From: Mobula hypostoma
Lineage: Eukaryota
Assembly: GCF_963921235.1 (NCBI RefSeq)
Contig: NC_086097.1
Coordinates: 188,854,001-188,918,000, forward strand
Length of the DNA: 64,000 nucleotides
Direction of reading: 5' to 3'
Shown here: positions 11,625-26,049 of the stretch, in pieces
How positions within the stretch are numbered: position 1 is the stretch's first letter
How the letters are laid out: every line of letters begins with the position of its first letter
Translations under genes and position numbers: made by a program
The notes under the pieces: model-generated
The model's input: the letters and a program-made list of their open reading frames with translations, nothing else
The model's database searches: none
What the model was told of the DNA's origin: nothing

Positions 11625-12306
11625 TCTCCCTTACTTTGCTGAATACCACCAATGACAACCCAACACTCATCTTCCAGCCTTCATCTCTGGTTCCCAGCCC
11701 ACTTCTGGTTCAGACTATGTTGTTCTTGCATATTATTTCAATGAAGCATGAGGAATAGCACCTCATATTTTAATTACCTGTTTCTCTTCTCATTACTGAG
11801 TTTAGGAGTGATGTCATAATCACTGGTCCCAATTCCCTGGCTTCCTGATTCTGGTAATACAGTTGGTATCACACCCCACTCTAGATCTATGCTCTGTGTT
11901 ATTCCATGAAATGTTATCATCCTGCTTCTGCCTTGGATCATCTTCTAATGAGGCATTTCATCATTTCCATCTTCCTCTTTATTGTAAGTCTTTCCTTTTA
12001 CTCTTTCCACTTCCTAATTTCTGATTCCTGGCTCCGTACGTCTTTTTAATGCAGTTACATCGCTAACTTTATTTCTGATGAAAGGCCATTGCCATGAAAT
12101 TTCAACTGAGAATCAAAAACTGGGAAATGTGTATAAAGAAAAGAATGCAGGACATACTTAGTAGTACAGCCAGCATCTGTGAAGCCAGAAAGAGATTTCA
12201 TGTTTTTGGTCAAAACCCTTTATCAGCTGGGTCACTGACCCATTTCTCTGTCTGCAAATTCTGCCTGACCTGCTGAGTATTTCCATGGTTTCTGTTTTCA
12301 TTTCAG
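11625..12306. mobile_element. Ancient PLE remnants, including an inverted pair of termini at about 12140-12306
   Basis: gaggaatagcacctcatattt is an EEQHLIF remnant. Hammerhead relic CTGATGA...GAAA at 12075-12100. A minus-oriented terminus abuts a plus-oriented ctgcctgacctgctgagtatttcca. Confidence 0.6.
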
Positions 12307-12684
12307 CCCTGACACTCTATTATCCTGTCAGGATTCATTCTTTCAAGCATGTTCTTTTTCAAGTTTACTTTGGGGCTGCTTCTGCCTGTGTGAGACATGT
12401 ACGTATGTGGGGATGATGACACCAGTTCAGCACTCAGCCAGTAAGATAGCAGTAATAAGTTATACGACTGGCACTTAGACAAGGGTTGTTTATATTACGC
12501 TATAAAGCCAGGCATCTCTGCATACAACTTCCTTCCTGTAAAAGGTGGTTTAAGGAAACAGACTTTTATTTTTTTTTACCTTTAATGAAATATATATGGA
12601 TTATACATACTTCTTCGAAAGTTAAGATGTTGGGCTCAAGGTAAAGGCTTGCACCACATTGTGTGACAGCGTTCAGGATAAATC

Positions 12685-13255
12685 ATAAATATTACAGCAC
12701 AGTACACGCTATTCAGCCCACAAGTTGTGACAATTTTTTAACCTACTCTAAGATCAACCTAACCCTTCACTCCTACACTGCCCTCCATTTCTCTATCATC
12801 CATGTTATTTTCTGACAGTTTCTTAAATGCCCTAATTTATCCGTTTCTACCACCATCCCAGGCAGAACCTTCCATGCACCCACGAATCTCTGTACAAAAA
12901 ATGGACCTCTGACATCACCCTCCCCCCATACTTCCCTCCAAGCACCACAAAATGATCCACCCTCATATTGGCATTTCTGCCCTGGGAAAAAAAGTCTCTG
13001 TATATCCACTTGATCTATGCCTCTTACCGTTGTATATACCTCTATCAAGTCACCTCCCTTACTCCAAAGAAAAAAGCACTAGCTTGTTCAATCTATCTTC
13101 ATAAGACATGCTGTCTAATCCAGGAGGCATCCTGATAAATCTCCTCTGCATCCTCCCCAAGGTTTCCACATGAGGTAACCAGAACTGAACACAATGCTCC
13201 AAGTGTGATCTAACCAGGGTTTAATAGCGCTGCATCATTACCTTGTGGCTCTTTT
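12685..13255 (-). mobile_element. CR1 LINE 3' fragment
   Basis: IEVYTTVRGIDQVDIQRLF remnant; homologous to 9720-10280. Confidence 0.85.
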
Positions 13256-13604
13256 AAATATCCTTTTAAAAATTGGAAGTTAGCAGTGTTAATATTCATT
13301 CCAACCATCAATAACACAAATAATTTTCCTGCAAGTTTTATTAGAGAGATGTATTTCTGTTCATTATTGACTAAGATCACAAATATCATAATCATGATGT
13401 TTCTTTGGGTTTGCCTGTTCTTTAAACTATGTACTTAGCCTCTTCCCCTTTCCCAGCTTAAACATGTCTCCAGCCCTTATCTTTCAGTTTTGAAGGAAGC
13501 AAAAATTTGAACCATCAACACCTTTTCTATGCGGAGATATAGACTGACATGTTACATTCTACAAGACTTTTACCTTGTTTACACTATCAGTAACAGCATT
13601 AATA

Positions 13605-13830
13605 GACTATAAGGCCACAAGACAAAGGAGCAGAAGTCGGCCATTCGGCCCATCGAGTCTGCTCCGCCATTTTATCATGAGCTGATCCATTCTCCCATTT
13701 AGTCCCACTCCTCCTCCTTCTCACCATAACCTTTGATGCCCTGGCTACTCAGATACCTATCAATCTCTACCTTAAATACACCCAATGACTTGAACTCCAC
13801 TGCTGCCCGTGGCAACAAATTCCACAGATT
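13605..13830 (-). mobile_element. CR1 LINE 3' end fragment
   Basis: ggagcagaagtcggccattcggcccatcgagtctgctccgccatt terminus and ggcaacaaattccacagatt, shared with 14130-14340. Confidence 0.75.
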
Positions 13831-14124
13831 TGCTTTTTTTGCTTAATTTGCTTTTTACTCTGGTCAAATTTTCACTTCATTGCTCTTTTGGTATTTTTAG
13901 TAACCACAGTATACTGCTGTTGGAATGGGTCTGCTATGAAAATGACTGTATAACACAAAGCATTGTTAAACTACTGAATTAGTGCCTCAGCTTTCTTCTA
14001 GTGACTGATTATAACACCTTCCCTGTTTATTGTAATTTCATTTACACATTACATACTTTCCTACATTAAGCCCCTTGAAATTTTTCAAATATTCTGCTTG
14101 ACAATGATGTAACACTTAACATTT

Positions 14125-17100
14125 CCAGACCATAAAATATAGGAGCAAGACATTTGGCCTATTGAATCATGGCTGATCGAGTTTTCCTCTCAGACCCAGT
14201 CTCTAGCCTACCCCACCCCCACCTCCCATATCCCTTCATGCCCTGACCAATCAAGAAAATAGCAACATCTGCCTTAAATATACATAAAGACTAGGTCTCC
14301 AAAGCTGCCTGTGGCAAAGAATTCCACATGTTTGCCACTTTCTAGTAGAAGAACTCCCCCTCTCCATTCTTAAAGGAAGCACCTTTATTCTGAGAATGTG
14401 TCTTCTGGTTTTAGACTCTCCCATCATACACATTCTCTCCACATCCACTCTATCAAGGCCTTTCACCATTCAATAGGTTTCAATGAAGTCAGCCCTCATT
14501 CTTCTGAATTCTAGTGAATACAGACCCAGAGCCATCAAGTGCTCTTCATATGACAAGCCATTCAAATTTGGAATCATTTTTGTGAACCACCTTCAAACTC
14601 TTTCCAGTTTCAGCACATCCTTTCTAAGATAAGAGGTCCAAAACTGCTCAAAATATTCCAATTGAGGCCTCACCAGTGCTTTATAACGTCTCAACATTAC
14701 ATCCTTGCTTTTATATTTTAGTGCTCTTGAAATGAATGTTAACATTGCATTTGCCTTCTTTACCAAAGACTCCATCTGCAAATTAATCTTTAGGGAATTC
14801 TGCACAAGGACTCTCAAATTCTCTTATGCCTTAGTTTTTTGTGTTTTCTCTCTACTTACAAATTAGTCAACCCTTTCATTTCTTCCACCAAAGTGCATAA
14901 CCATACATTTTCCGGTACTGTGTTCCATCTGCCACTTCTGTGCCCATTCTCCCAATCTGTCTGAGTCCTTCGGTAGCCTCTCTACTTCCTCAAAACTACC
15001 TGCTCATCCACCCATTTTCATATTGTCTGCAAACTTTGCAACAATTCTATCATCCAAATCATTGGCATACAACGCGAAAAGAAGCGATCCTAACATGGAC
15101 CCCTGTGGAACACCACTTGTCACCAGCAGCCAACCAAATAAGATTCCCTTTATTCTTAGTCATCGCCTCTTGCCAATCAGCCACTGCTTTATCCATGCTA
15201 TAATCTTTCCTGTAATACATGGGCTCGCAACTTGTTAAACAGCTGGTGTGTGGCACTTTGTCAAAGGCCTTCTGAAAATCCAAGTACACAACATTGACTG
15301 ATTCTCCTTTGTCTATCCTGCTTATATTTCTTCAAAAAATTCCAACAGATTTGTCTGGCAAGATATTCCCTTGAGGAAACCATGCTGACTACGGCCTATT
15401 TTATCACGTGCCTCCAAGTACTCTGAATCCACATCCTTAACAATCGATTACAACATCTTCCTAACCACTGAGGTCAGATGAACTGGCCTATAATTTCCTT
15501 TCTTCTGCCTCTCTCCCTTCTTGAAGAGTGGAGTGACATTTGCAAATTTCCAGTCATCCAGAACCATACCAGAATCTATTGATTCTTGAAAGATTATTAT
15601 TATGCTACCTCTTTCAGAACCTTGTGGTGTACACCATCTGGACCAGGTGACTTATCTACCTTCAGACCTTTCAGTTTCCCAAGAACCTTCTCCCTATTAC
15701 AGTAATGGTAACTTCACACACTTCGTGGCCCCCAACCCCTGGAACTTCCACCATGCTGCTATTGTTTTCCACAGTGAAGGCTGATGCAAAATACTTATTC
15801 AGCTCATTTGCCATTTCCTTATCCCCTATTACTACCTCTCCAGCATTGTTTTCCAGTGGTCCAATATCCACTCTCACCTCTCTTTTACACTTTATGTATC
15901 TGAAGAAACTTTTGGTATCCTCTTTAATATTATTAGCCAACTAACTTTTGTATTCCATCGTTACAGTCTTAATTGCTTTTTAGTTGCCTTCTGTTGGTTT
16001 TTAAAAGCTTCCCAATCTTCTAGCTTCCCACTAACTTTTGCTCTATTATATGCTGTCTCTGGCTTTATGTTAGCTTTAACTTCTCTTGTTAGCCACAGTT
16101 GTGTCATCTTTCCTTTAAAATACTTCTTCCTCTTTGGGATATATATATCCTGTGCTTTCCAAATTGCTTCCAGAAAATCCAACCATTGTTGCTGTGCTGT
16201 CATATCTGCCAGTGTTCTTTTCCAATTACTTCAGGCCAACTCCTCTCTCATGGCTCTGTGATTCCCTTTACTCCACTGAAATATAGATACACCTGACTTT
16301 TGCTTCTCCTTCTCAAATTTCAGGGTGAATTCAATCATATTATGATCGCATGCCCCTAAGGGTCCTTTTACCTTAAGCTCTGAAATCATTTCTGGTTCAT
16401 TGCACAACACCCAACCCAGAGTAGCTGATCCCCTAGTAAGCTCAACCATGAGCTGCTCTAAAAAGCCATCTTGCAAGAATTCTAGAAATTTCCCCTCATG
16501 GGATTCAGCACCAACCTGGTTTTCCCAATCTACCTGCATATTTAAATCTCCCATGACAATATAACATTGCCCTTTTTACATGCATTTTCTATCTCCCATT
16601 GTGATTTGTAGACCACATCCTTACTGCGTGTGGGGTTCTATATACAACTTCCATTAGAGCCTTCTTACCCTTGCAGTTCTTTACCTCTTTTCACAATTAT
16701 TCGACACCTTCCCAGCCTATGTCACCTCTTTCTAATGATTTGATTTCATTTTATACCAAAAAAGCAACACCGCACCCTCTGCCTTCCTGCCTGCCCTTTC
16801 GATACAATGTGTATCCTTGGACATGAAGCTCCCAGCTATAACCTTCTTTCAGCCATGATTCAGAGATGCCTGCAACATCATACTTGCCAATCTGTAACTG
16901 TGCTACAAGTTCATCTACCTTATTCCATATATTTCACGCATTCAAATAATACCTTCAGTCCTGTATGCACCCTTTTTGATTTTGTCTGCCTTTTACATTG
17001 CAACTCATCCTGTTGACTGCAATGTTACTCTATCATCAGTCTCTCCTTGCTCGGAGTCTCAGTACACGTTGCCTCTGTTTGTAAGCAAACTACCCCATCA

Positions 17101-18020
17101 TCAGCACTATCAGTCCAGTTCCCATTCCCCTGCCAAATTAGTTTAAACTTTCCCCAACAACTCTAGCCAACATGCCTGTCAGGATATTGGAACTCCTCTG
17201 GTCCAGGTGTAACTCAACCCTTTTGTACCTTTCCCAGAAGAGATCCTGAAGATCTATAATTCTGAACCCCTGTTCCTCAGCTACGTATTCACTTGCCAAA
17301 TCATTCTATTCTTACCATCACTGGCATGTGGCATAGGCAGCAATCCAGAGATTACTACCCTGGACATCCTGTTTCTCATCTTTCTACCTAGCTCCTAGAA
17401 TCTCTTTTCAGGACATCATCATGTCTATGTATGTCATTGGTGCAAATATGTACCAAGACTTCCAGCTACTCACCCTTGCCCTTGAGAATGGCATGGACCC
17501 AATCCGAGACATCCTTCACACAGGCAACTGGGAGGGAGCCTACCATCCAGGTGTCTCCAATGCACCTACAGAATCTCATCTCTGTTTTTCTGACTAGGGA
17601 ATCTCTTATCAACACTGCAGTCCTATTCAACTCACTGCGTTTCTGAGCCATAACACCAGACTCAGTGCCAGAGACCTGGTCACTGACTCTCTTCTGGTAG
17701 GTTGTTCCCCTCAATTGTGTATCTAAAGTTGTATACTTATTATTATGGGGAATGGCCACAGGTGTACCCTGCACTGGCTGTGCATTTCCCCTCCTTCTCC
17801 TGACCCATCTCCTGCAATCTAGGGTTGAGTACCTCACTGTAGCTCCTGTCTATCACTGCTTCATCTTCCCGTATGAGTCGAAGGTCATCAAGCTGCAGCT
17901 CCAGTTCCTTAATACATTCTCTCAGGGGTTACAGCTTGGTGCACCTGGTGCAGATGTGTTTATCTGGGAGACTGGAGGTCTCCCAGAATTCCCACATCCC
18001 ACACAGAGTACAAAACACAG
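14125..18020 (-). mobile_element. Long degenerate CR1 LINE: ORF1 (esterase-like), APE endonuclease and RT
   Basis: LVRPQLEY, YLDFQKAFDKVPH, MANELNKYFASAFT, MGDLNMQVDW...DHNMIEF (APE) and AVLIRDSLVR (ORF1 GDS-like esterase). Internally deleted; may be two fused copies. Confidence 0.9.
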
Positions 18021-19984
18021 TATATTCTTCTATGAAGAGTGAGCTTTAAGTCAGCAAGTACAAATAACCCAATCCTCATGTAAAGCAGATTACGCGCATT
18101 ATAAGGCCTAAGGCATTGGTTATTTCCCATAAAGCTGACTCTAAATTATCTGTGATATTGGGCTGCCTTCCAGTCAAGTGTGGTGTAAGTGGACTGATGG
18201 CTTCAACCACTCCACTACCCAAGAAGACCACTGTCATATGAAATCCTGGTTTTGTGTTTGAGATATTTGAAGATCAATTTAATTAGAAAATCTTACATTT
18301 ACAAGTTGTCTTACTAAAGCATCTCTTCAGAATTTACTTATAACAGTAATCTGATCTGGTCCCCAGCACAAGTTATTCACCTTTGGTGAAGACTTCCCTT
18401 ACATGCCTTATCCTTTTCCTCTTCCTCTTGCATTTTTCCTTTGAAATAATTGCTTACACGAAAAATTCAGGCTTATGTCTAGAGCATCAAGATGAAAGGG
18501 TGGGTGATTTCCTGACATGACACTACTTAATAGCAGCTGGCAGAATCCTTACACTGCAATACCTGAGAAGGGTGTTCCCCTTCCAAAGCTGATGCTGCTG
18601 ACAAGATTTGTAGACAGTCCAAATCTTGTGAACCTAACCACTTCCTGGTGTAACAAATTTGTGCAGGGAATTTATTCCACTTTTCCATAGGTTGACTTTA
18701 AATCAGATTCAATCTTAAGAAAATGGCAATATTTCAGCGACAGCAGGTTTTGACTTCATTTGCAATCTGATAATACACATTTTCAGGTATCTAATTCCAT
18801 CAGTATTTTGCATGCTATTTTATATCGGATATAACAATCAGGAATCTGATTAACGCTCCTAAAGCATCCATTCCTGAGATACTCTAGAAAAAAATCATAA
18901 TATTTCAAGTTTTGAAAACAAATGCATGGACTAAAAATATACCAAGATAAAGAATAGTGTGCAGAATTTCAACCAATGGATCCAAAAAAGTGACTGCTTT
19001 AAATATATAGTTATCATGATGACAAAAAAAACACAGGCACTATTTGTATTTCATTGGTGACAATGTGACCTTCTTGTTTCTGTGCTGACTTTCATTAATT
19101 TTTTTTTGCTTGTGAATTCTGCCATTTACCCCACTGGATCTGCTTGGATCACATTTCTTCTTTGTCATACATTTTATAATTGAAATCCATCAGGGCATGA
19201 AATTGACGGATAGAAGCATATTGCTTTCAATGTCTGGTAAGTGCAGGTTTCATTCCTTCTGCACGCAAGCAGAACAAAGGGGACATACAACAGTGACATA
19301 AACCAAAGCTAAAAAGATATCGATAACAAGCAGGTAAAACAATATCTGACTGGATAATATAGCCCTTATCTCTCCATCAACTTTGTTACAGCACAAAAGG
19401 ATACAGTCTCTGACAGATTTCACAGCTAGATTTTTTAATGTACTGAAAAAGAAATAGGCCTTTGTTGATTTAAAAGTTGAAGAAACTTGAGCAAGTCCAA
19501 AGAGGGACAGTATAATAAAACTTTCTTCGAGGGGGCAGGGAGAAATGGAATTAAAATCAGCCAGCTTAACTCATACACTGTCTACAAGCATTGTGTAACA
19601 ATAACTCCGGTGTTCTCTTGTTTAAATGTAATCCCTATTTATTAAGGAGTTTCTTTTTTAATACCCTACATACCTAAGCTGTCAAATAATCCTACAGAGT
19701 AGCAGGATGCTCTTAAGAAATTATTTTGCCTACAGAGAATAATAGTAATATTAACTTTTCACTCCATTCCAATCTGAATTCTTCAGCACATTATATAGGT
19801 CGCCTGCTGGTAGTTTGTGCTTCTGGAATATTCAGTAGTCTTTCTTTCACCATATTGTAACATGCATATTAAATAAAGATAGAGGAAATGTATTTGACAC
19901 AATGGGTGGGATTTTCTCTAACTACCATCACAAAGAGAATATGATGTGTTAGAATTGGGAAAAGAGTAAAATGTGTGGCAAATT

Positions 19985-21083
19985 CGCCCTGCTCTGCTGG
20001 GGGAGAAACTGATAGCGATGCAGGTGGATGCTTTCCTGGTGTCATGGATTCTTGATTACCTGACTGGCAGACCACAGTACGTGTGCTTGCAACACTGTGT
20101 GTCCAACAGAGTGATCAGCAGCACTGGGGCTCCACAGGGGACTGTCTTGTCTCCCTTTCTCTTCACCATTTACACTTCGGACTTCAACTACTGCACAGAG
20201 TCTTGTCATCTTCAAAAGTTTTCGGATGACTCTGCCATAGTTGGATGCATCAGCAGGGGAGATGAGGTCGAGTACAGGGCTACTGTAGGAAACTTTGTCA
20301 CATGGTGTGAGCAGAATTATCTGCAGCTTAATGTGAAAAAGACTAAGGAGCTGGTGGTAGACCTGAGGAGAGCTAAGGTACCGGTGACCCCTGTTTTCAT
20401 CCAGGGGGTCAGTGTGAACATGGTGGAGGATTACAAATACCTGGGGATACGTATTGACAATAAACTGGACTGGTCAAAGAACACTGAGGCTGTCTACAAG
20501 AAGGGTCAGATCCGTCTCTACTTCCTGAGGAGACTGAGGTCCTTTAACATCTGCCGGACGATGCTGAGGATGTTCTACGAGTCTGTGGTGGCCAGTGCTA
20601 TCATGTTTGTTGTTGTGTGCTGGGGCAGCAGGCTGAGGGTAGCAGACACCAACAGAATCAACAAACTCATTCGTAAGGCCAGTGATGTTGTGGGGATGGA
20701 ACTGGACTCTCTCACGGTGGTGTCTGAAAAGAGGATGCTGTCTAAGTTGCATGCCATCTTGGACAATGTCTCCCATCCACTACATAATGTACTGGGTGGG
20801 CACAGGAGTACATTCAGCCAGAGACTCATTCCACTGAGGTGCAGCACAGAACGTCATAGGAAGTCATTCCTGCCTGTGGCCATCAAACTTTACAACTCCT
20901 CCCTTGGAGGGTCAGACACCCTGTGCCGATAGGCTGGTCCTGGACTTATTTCCTGGCATAATTTACATATTACTCTTTAACTATTTATGGTTCTATTACC
21001 ATTTATTATTTATGGTGCAACTGTAACGAAAACCAATTTCCCCTTGGGATCAATAAAGTATGACTATGACTATGACTATGACT
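19985..21083 (+). mobile_element. Young 5'-truncated Rex1/Babar-like LINE with an uninterrupted RT C-terminal ORF (track ORF 19973-20932)
   Basis: GAPQGTVLSPFLF, QKFSDDSAIVG, YKYLG and RLYFLRRLRSF; no stops in about 315 codons; AATAAA followed by a (TATGAC)n tail. Confidence 0.93.
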
Positions 21084-21699
21084 AAGTTCAAAATTAACTA
21101 TTTAATTGCAAACCCACCACACCCAAAATGTTAACCAAAAATACTTTAGAAGATTTTTATTAGCCAGTATTTGAAATGAAATTGCAATATTATTTTTTAA
21201 TGTTTGGAAATCTTCATGAGCTATAACAACTTATAATTTTATTGTGGCTCTAACAAAGAAAATATATCACAAAAGAATTGTCAAATAAACTTTGCAACGG
21301 AACTAGGGGTATGTGCTATTAAAGCAGAAGGCCAATAGCCGGGTCTGTAAGGTAGGTCTTAGTAGGTATCGCAAAGCATGAAAAAATGGTAGGGACTTCA
21401 GAGCTTGGAGTCATGGCTATCAACTTTAGGATGATTAAGAGTCCTGTATTGATGGTATATATTCATGGTTGATGGTGACTGCAGAGGTAATGACTGTTAG
21501 GTTGAAGGGAGAATTTGAAAATTATGGTAAAAATTGTGAAACTAAGGTGCCTTTTAATCAGGGACAAATGCAAGTTAGAAGGTACAAAGACGGTAGATGG
21601 ATGCAATTTGAGGCGAGCAAGACAATATTAGCATGTTTTGGTAGATATCTGTGGAGGATAAAACAAGGATGGCTGGTAAATACTGCAATGAAATATTCA

Positions 21700-22460
21700 A
21701 ATTTGAAAAGAAAGAAGCATTCTTACAATTGTATAGGGTACTGATGATGTCTCACCTTAAGTTCTGTGCACAGTTTTGGTCCCCTTATTTAAGAAAGGAT
21801 ATACTAGCATTAGAGGTAGTCCAAATGAAATTTACTGTGCTAATTCCTCAGATGAGAGATTTATCCTAATACGTATAACACATATGGCAGAAGAAATTAG
21901 ATCTACTTTCTTTGCAGTTTAGAAGAATGACGGGTGATTTTGTTTAAAACACAAAAAAAAGCCCTAAGATACATGGGAAGGTAGATGAGAGAATCTGGAC
22001 AAGGAGACAACAGGATTACAGGGATGTTATTTAAAACTGAGGTGTGCTCATGGAGGGTGGGGAATCTTTCAAATTCCCTACCCCAGGGATGCTGGGACTA
22101 GTTAACAGAGTGTACCGAGAATATCTTTGAAATATAAGGGAATTGAGGCCATGGGGAAATGACAGAGAAAAGTAGGGAAGACCTGGGGCAAACCAGCTAC
22201 GATTTTATTGAATGGCAGGAGAGGTTCAAGGGGCTGAGTAGCCTACTCCCACTCCTATTTTCTGAGCTTCTTATATTCCCATGTTTATATGTAATCCCTT
22301 CTCAGTCTTCTGGACTCCACCACATATCAGCCTAAACAACCCAATCTCTACACACATCAGATTTGTCATTCCAAGACTCAGCCTAGTAAATCTTTGTTGC
22401 ACTCCCTTCTTAGCATGAGCATCCTTTCTTAGAAAGGAGATCAAAACTACACACAAAACC
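21700..22460. mobile_element. Two old CR1 fragments (about 21700-22270 plus, about 22270-22460 minus)
   Basis: LQLYRVL..SHLKFCAQFWSPYLRKD on the plus strand; LRKDAHAKKGVQQRFTRL on the minus strand. Confidence 0.7.
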
Positions 22461-22654
22461 CTAGTTAATTTAGTCTACCACTACTTTATTATTTCCTGTC
22501 AGTCATCTTATGCGTAGCCTATAATCACTTTATAGACATACAATCAATGTATATGAACTATATTATGTATGTATATTTATTGTGTTTATTAAATTATTAT
22601 TGTGTTCTTTACCATTTGTGTTTTTTTTTGTGCTGCATCAGATCTGGAATAACA

Positions 22655-22960
22655 GACAAACAGGTATCCGTTAGTCTCATGAGACCATGGGTTTGTGCCT
22701 TGGTAGGTTTCCAAGGCGCAGGCCTGGGCAAGGTTGTATGGAAGACCAGCAGTTGCCCATGCTGCAAGTCTCCCTTCTCCACACCACTGATTTTGTCCAA
22801 GGGAAGGGCGTTAGGTCCCATACAGCTTGGCACCGGTGTCGTCGCAGAGCAATGTGTGGTTAAGTGCCTTGCTCAAGGACACACACGCTGCCTCAGCAAA
22901 GGCTCAAACTAGTGACCTTCAAATCACTAGACGAACGCCTTAACCACTAGGCCACGTGCC
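22655..22960 (-). mobile_element. Full-length tRNA-derived SINE with a CORE-like block, inserted in an old LINE tail
   Basis: A box TGGCCTAGTGG, B-box-like GTTTGAGCC, and GTGTCCTTGAGCAAGGCACTTAACC. 7-bp TSD AATAACA (22648-22654, 22961-22967). Confidence 0.85.
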
Positions 22961-23779
22961 AATAACAATTATTTCATTCTCCTTTACACCGCTGTACAGG
23001 AAATGATATTAAACAATCTTGAAACATAGATACAAAAACTGCACTGCAGCAGAGAGGAAGGCTCTATAAAGGGTAATCAAAACTGCCCAATGCATCATTG
23101 GCACCTGCCTACCCACTAAGGACATATATACAGAAAGGTATGTCTCCTCAGAATGCTGGCTTCTATACTCCTCTGGGATCCGAATGGATATTGACTAGAC
23201 ATCGTGACCTGGTTGGCTGGTTCAAAACACTGTGAACAGTTTAGCCGCAGAAGATTCTGTGTTCTTTATCTTTTTTTTGTGCTGCATTGGATCCACAGCA
23301 ACAATTATTTCATTCTCATTTATACCTATATGCAGGAAATGACATTAAACTATCTTGAGATGGGGTTCTCAACAAGGCACTATAAAGCTACAGCAAGACA
23401 TTCATTTTTCTGTATTCAAATCTAATGACACAAACTGTACAAGCTTCTGAAGATATGCCAAATAAAATCAAAGTCAATGTGGGTCCAATACGGATGGAAA
23501 GAAATTAGATTGGAGAATAAAGGCAGGCAAAAATGTATATTTTTCCTGTCTTTATGGCAGTAAGTCTCCCAGAAACTATAATGAATGAAGGTCTGAGAGA
23601 CATTGGCATTAGAGAAATTAATGGGACTTAAAAATGTTAAATGCTCAGGACTTGATAACTTGCAACCCAAAATGTTCAAAGTTTGCACATGCCAAGAAAG
23701 TTGGCGGTGTTGTGAATAATCTTTAAGTTTATTTAAACCAGGATATAGATCAAATGGAAAACTGGGCAAAAAGCATTGG

Positions 23780-25100
23780 TGGATGGTAAAAAGTAAATGG
23801 TAGGATGTTAAGGATTATTGATGGATAGAAGGACCTTGAGTTTCAAGCTTACAGCTCCCTAAAAGTTGCAACGTCATAAATAGGATGGTGAAGAAGGTAT
23901 GTGGCATGTTTGCATCCACAGGTCAATGGCACAAGTCTATAAGTTTGGATAATACATTGCAACTTCATGTAGGATGGGTTAAACTGCTCTTGCAGTGCTA
24001 CATATGTTTCTGGTCACTACACTCTAGGAAGGAGGTGGGTGTTCTGTAGATAGTGTAGAGGAGATTCACCAGGAATGCTGGGATGAATGACCTAAGTTAT
24101 GGGGAGAGATTGGATAGGCTGATTTCATTTTCCCTGGAGCGAAGGATGCTGAGGTGGGATCTGACGGAAGTGGATAAAATTATAAGAGAACATATATGGT
24201 AGTCAGAATAGAGTCATAGAGAACTACAGCACAGAAGTAGGCTCTTCAGTTCAACTAGTCCATGCTGAACTATTATTTTGCCTAGTCCCCTCAGCCAGTA
24301 CCTGGCCTTCCATACCCCTCCCATCCATGTATTTTCAGAAGTTGAAATTGAACCTACATTTACCACTTCTGCTGGCAGCTCTTTCACACTCAAATCACCC
24401 AGAGTGAAAATTTTCCCCCTCATTTTCACCTTTCATCTTCAACCCATAAATGTCTAGCATTAGTCTCACTCAACCTCACTGGAAAAAAAGCCTTCTTTCA
24501 TCTTCCCTTTTTATTCAACACCCTCATAATTTTGTATACCTCTATCAAACCTTCCTTCATTCTCCTATGCTCCAGGGAATAAAGCACTAACTTATTTAAC
24601 CTTTCCCTATAACTCATGTCCTGAAGACCCAGCAACATCCTTGTAAATTTTCTCTTTACTCTTTCAATTTTATTGACATTTTTCTTGTAGGTAGATGACC
24701 AGAACTGCACACGGTATTCCATATTAGGATTCTCTAACATCTTGTACAACTTCAGCATTATAAGAATTCCATGATAAGAATCTTTTACCCCAGGTAGGGG
24801 TAGCAAAAACCATAGAGTATAAAGACTAAGGTGGGAGGTAGGAGACTTAAATGAGATCTGACGGGAAAGATTCTTTTTTTTTTAATATACAGGGAGTAGT
24901 TGATATCTGGAATTCACTACTACAGGAGCTGGTAGAATCAAATACAATTGGCACAGACACATTTAGACGGGTACTTAAATAGACAAGGTAGAGAAGGACA
25001 CGTAGGGAAATGGAGTAAGTGTGGATGGACAAAATGCTCAGCATGGTCTAGTGCACTGAAGGCCCACTTCTATGCAGTACAGCACTGTTACTCGATGACC
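23780..25100. mobile_element. Cluster of old CR1 fragments in both orientations
   Basis: MEYRVQFWSSTYKK...RMKEGLIEVYKIM on the minus strand (24498-24770); plus-strand CR1 3' remnants on both sides. Confidence 0.7.
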
Positions 25101-26049
25101 ATGAAAGTGTTGGTTGAAGATATACTGGATGCATTGGTTGTCAACTTCCAAAATTCTATACTCTATAATGGTTCCCATAGATCGGAAGAAAGCAAATCTA
25201 AGAAAAGGTTGAGATAAAAAAAAACCAGAATTACAAACCAGCTACCCTGACATCAGTAATAGGAAAATGCTGGAATCTATTTGCAATAAAGCGTTAACAA
25301 GGGCTTAGAAAATAATAATAGATATGAATTTATGAAAAGAAAATCATGATTGACAGTTCTGATACTGTTCTTTAAAGCTGTAACTAGCAGATCAGAAGAA
25401 CCAAGTGGATATAGTGAATTTGGATGTTAGAAAGCTTACAATAAGAGGTTATTCAACAAAATTGGAGAACAAGATGCTGTGCTAACAAATTGCTGTTGGT
25501 TATGAAACAGAAACCTGAGAATAGCTAGTATATATTGGCTGCATTCTGGTCGCAAAGATGCAGCTGATGAGATGCCTCAGAGACGGAGAACTGACATCAA
25601 TCATTTAATAGAACAGACCAGCTGTAATATATGGACCACAATGTTTATGCCTTTCCCAATTCTCTGACATCCTTTTAGCCCAGCTGAAGATGTCCTTTAC
25701 CATGGCACCAATAAGGGATTATGGGATACTTCTCTCACATTCTGTATCTAATAGTCTCCAGCTTTGAGGAGCTATTCAAAGAGGTGTTTTGCTATCATCT
25801 TTTTAACAAGTAATGGGCAATAAATTCAGCATTGATGCCCATATATACAGATGAATTTTCAAAAAATGAAATTTATGGAAACATTGCACTCTAATCATCG
25901 TTTCTGGCATTGCATTATTTATGCATGGTTCACAGACTCTTTACTGCAACTAGATGATAATTATAGACTACTACATGTATGGATCTAACATGATATAAGT
26001 AGATTACTGTCTGAACAACAATGAATTGTATGAAAAGCAGAATTTGCAG

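Noticed and set aside
19970..21095. TSD for the young Rex-like LINE (AAATTC vs AAGTTC)
   Set aside because: Too short and mismatched to distinguish from chance.
22880..22960. tRNA gene
   Set aside because: It is a tRNA-derived SINE head continuing into a SINE body with a TSD; no convincing cloverleaf.
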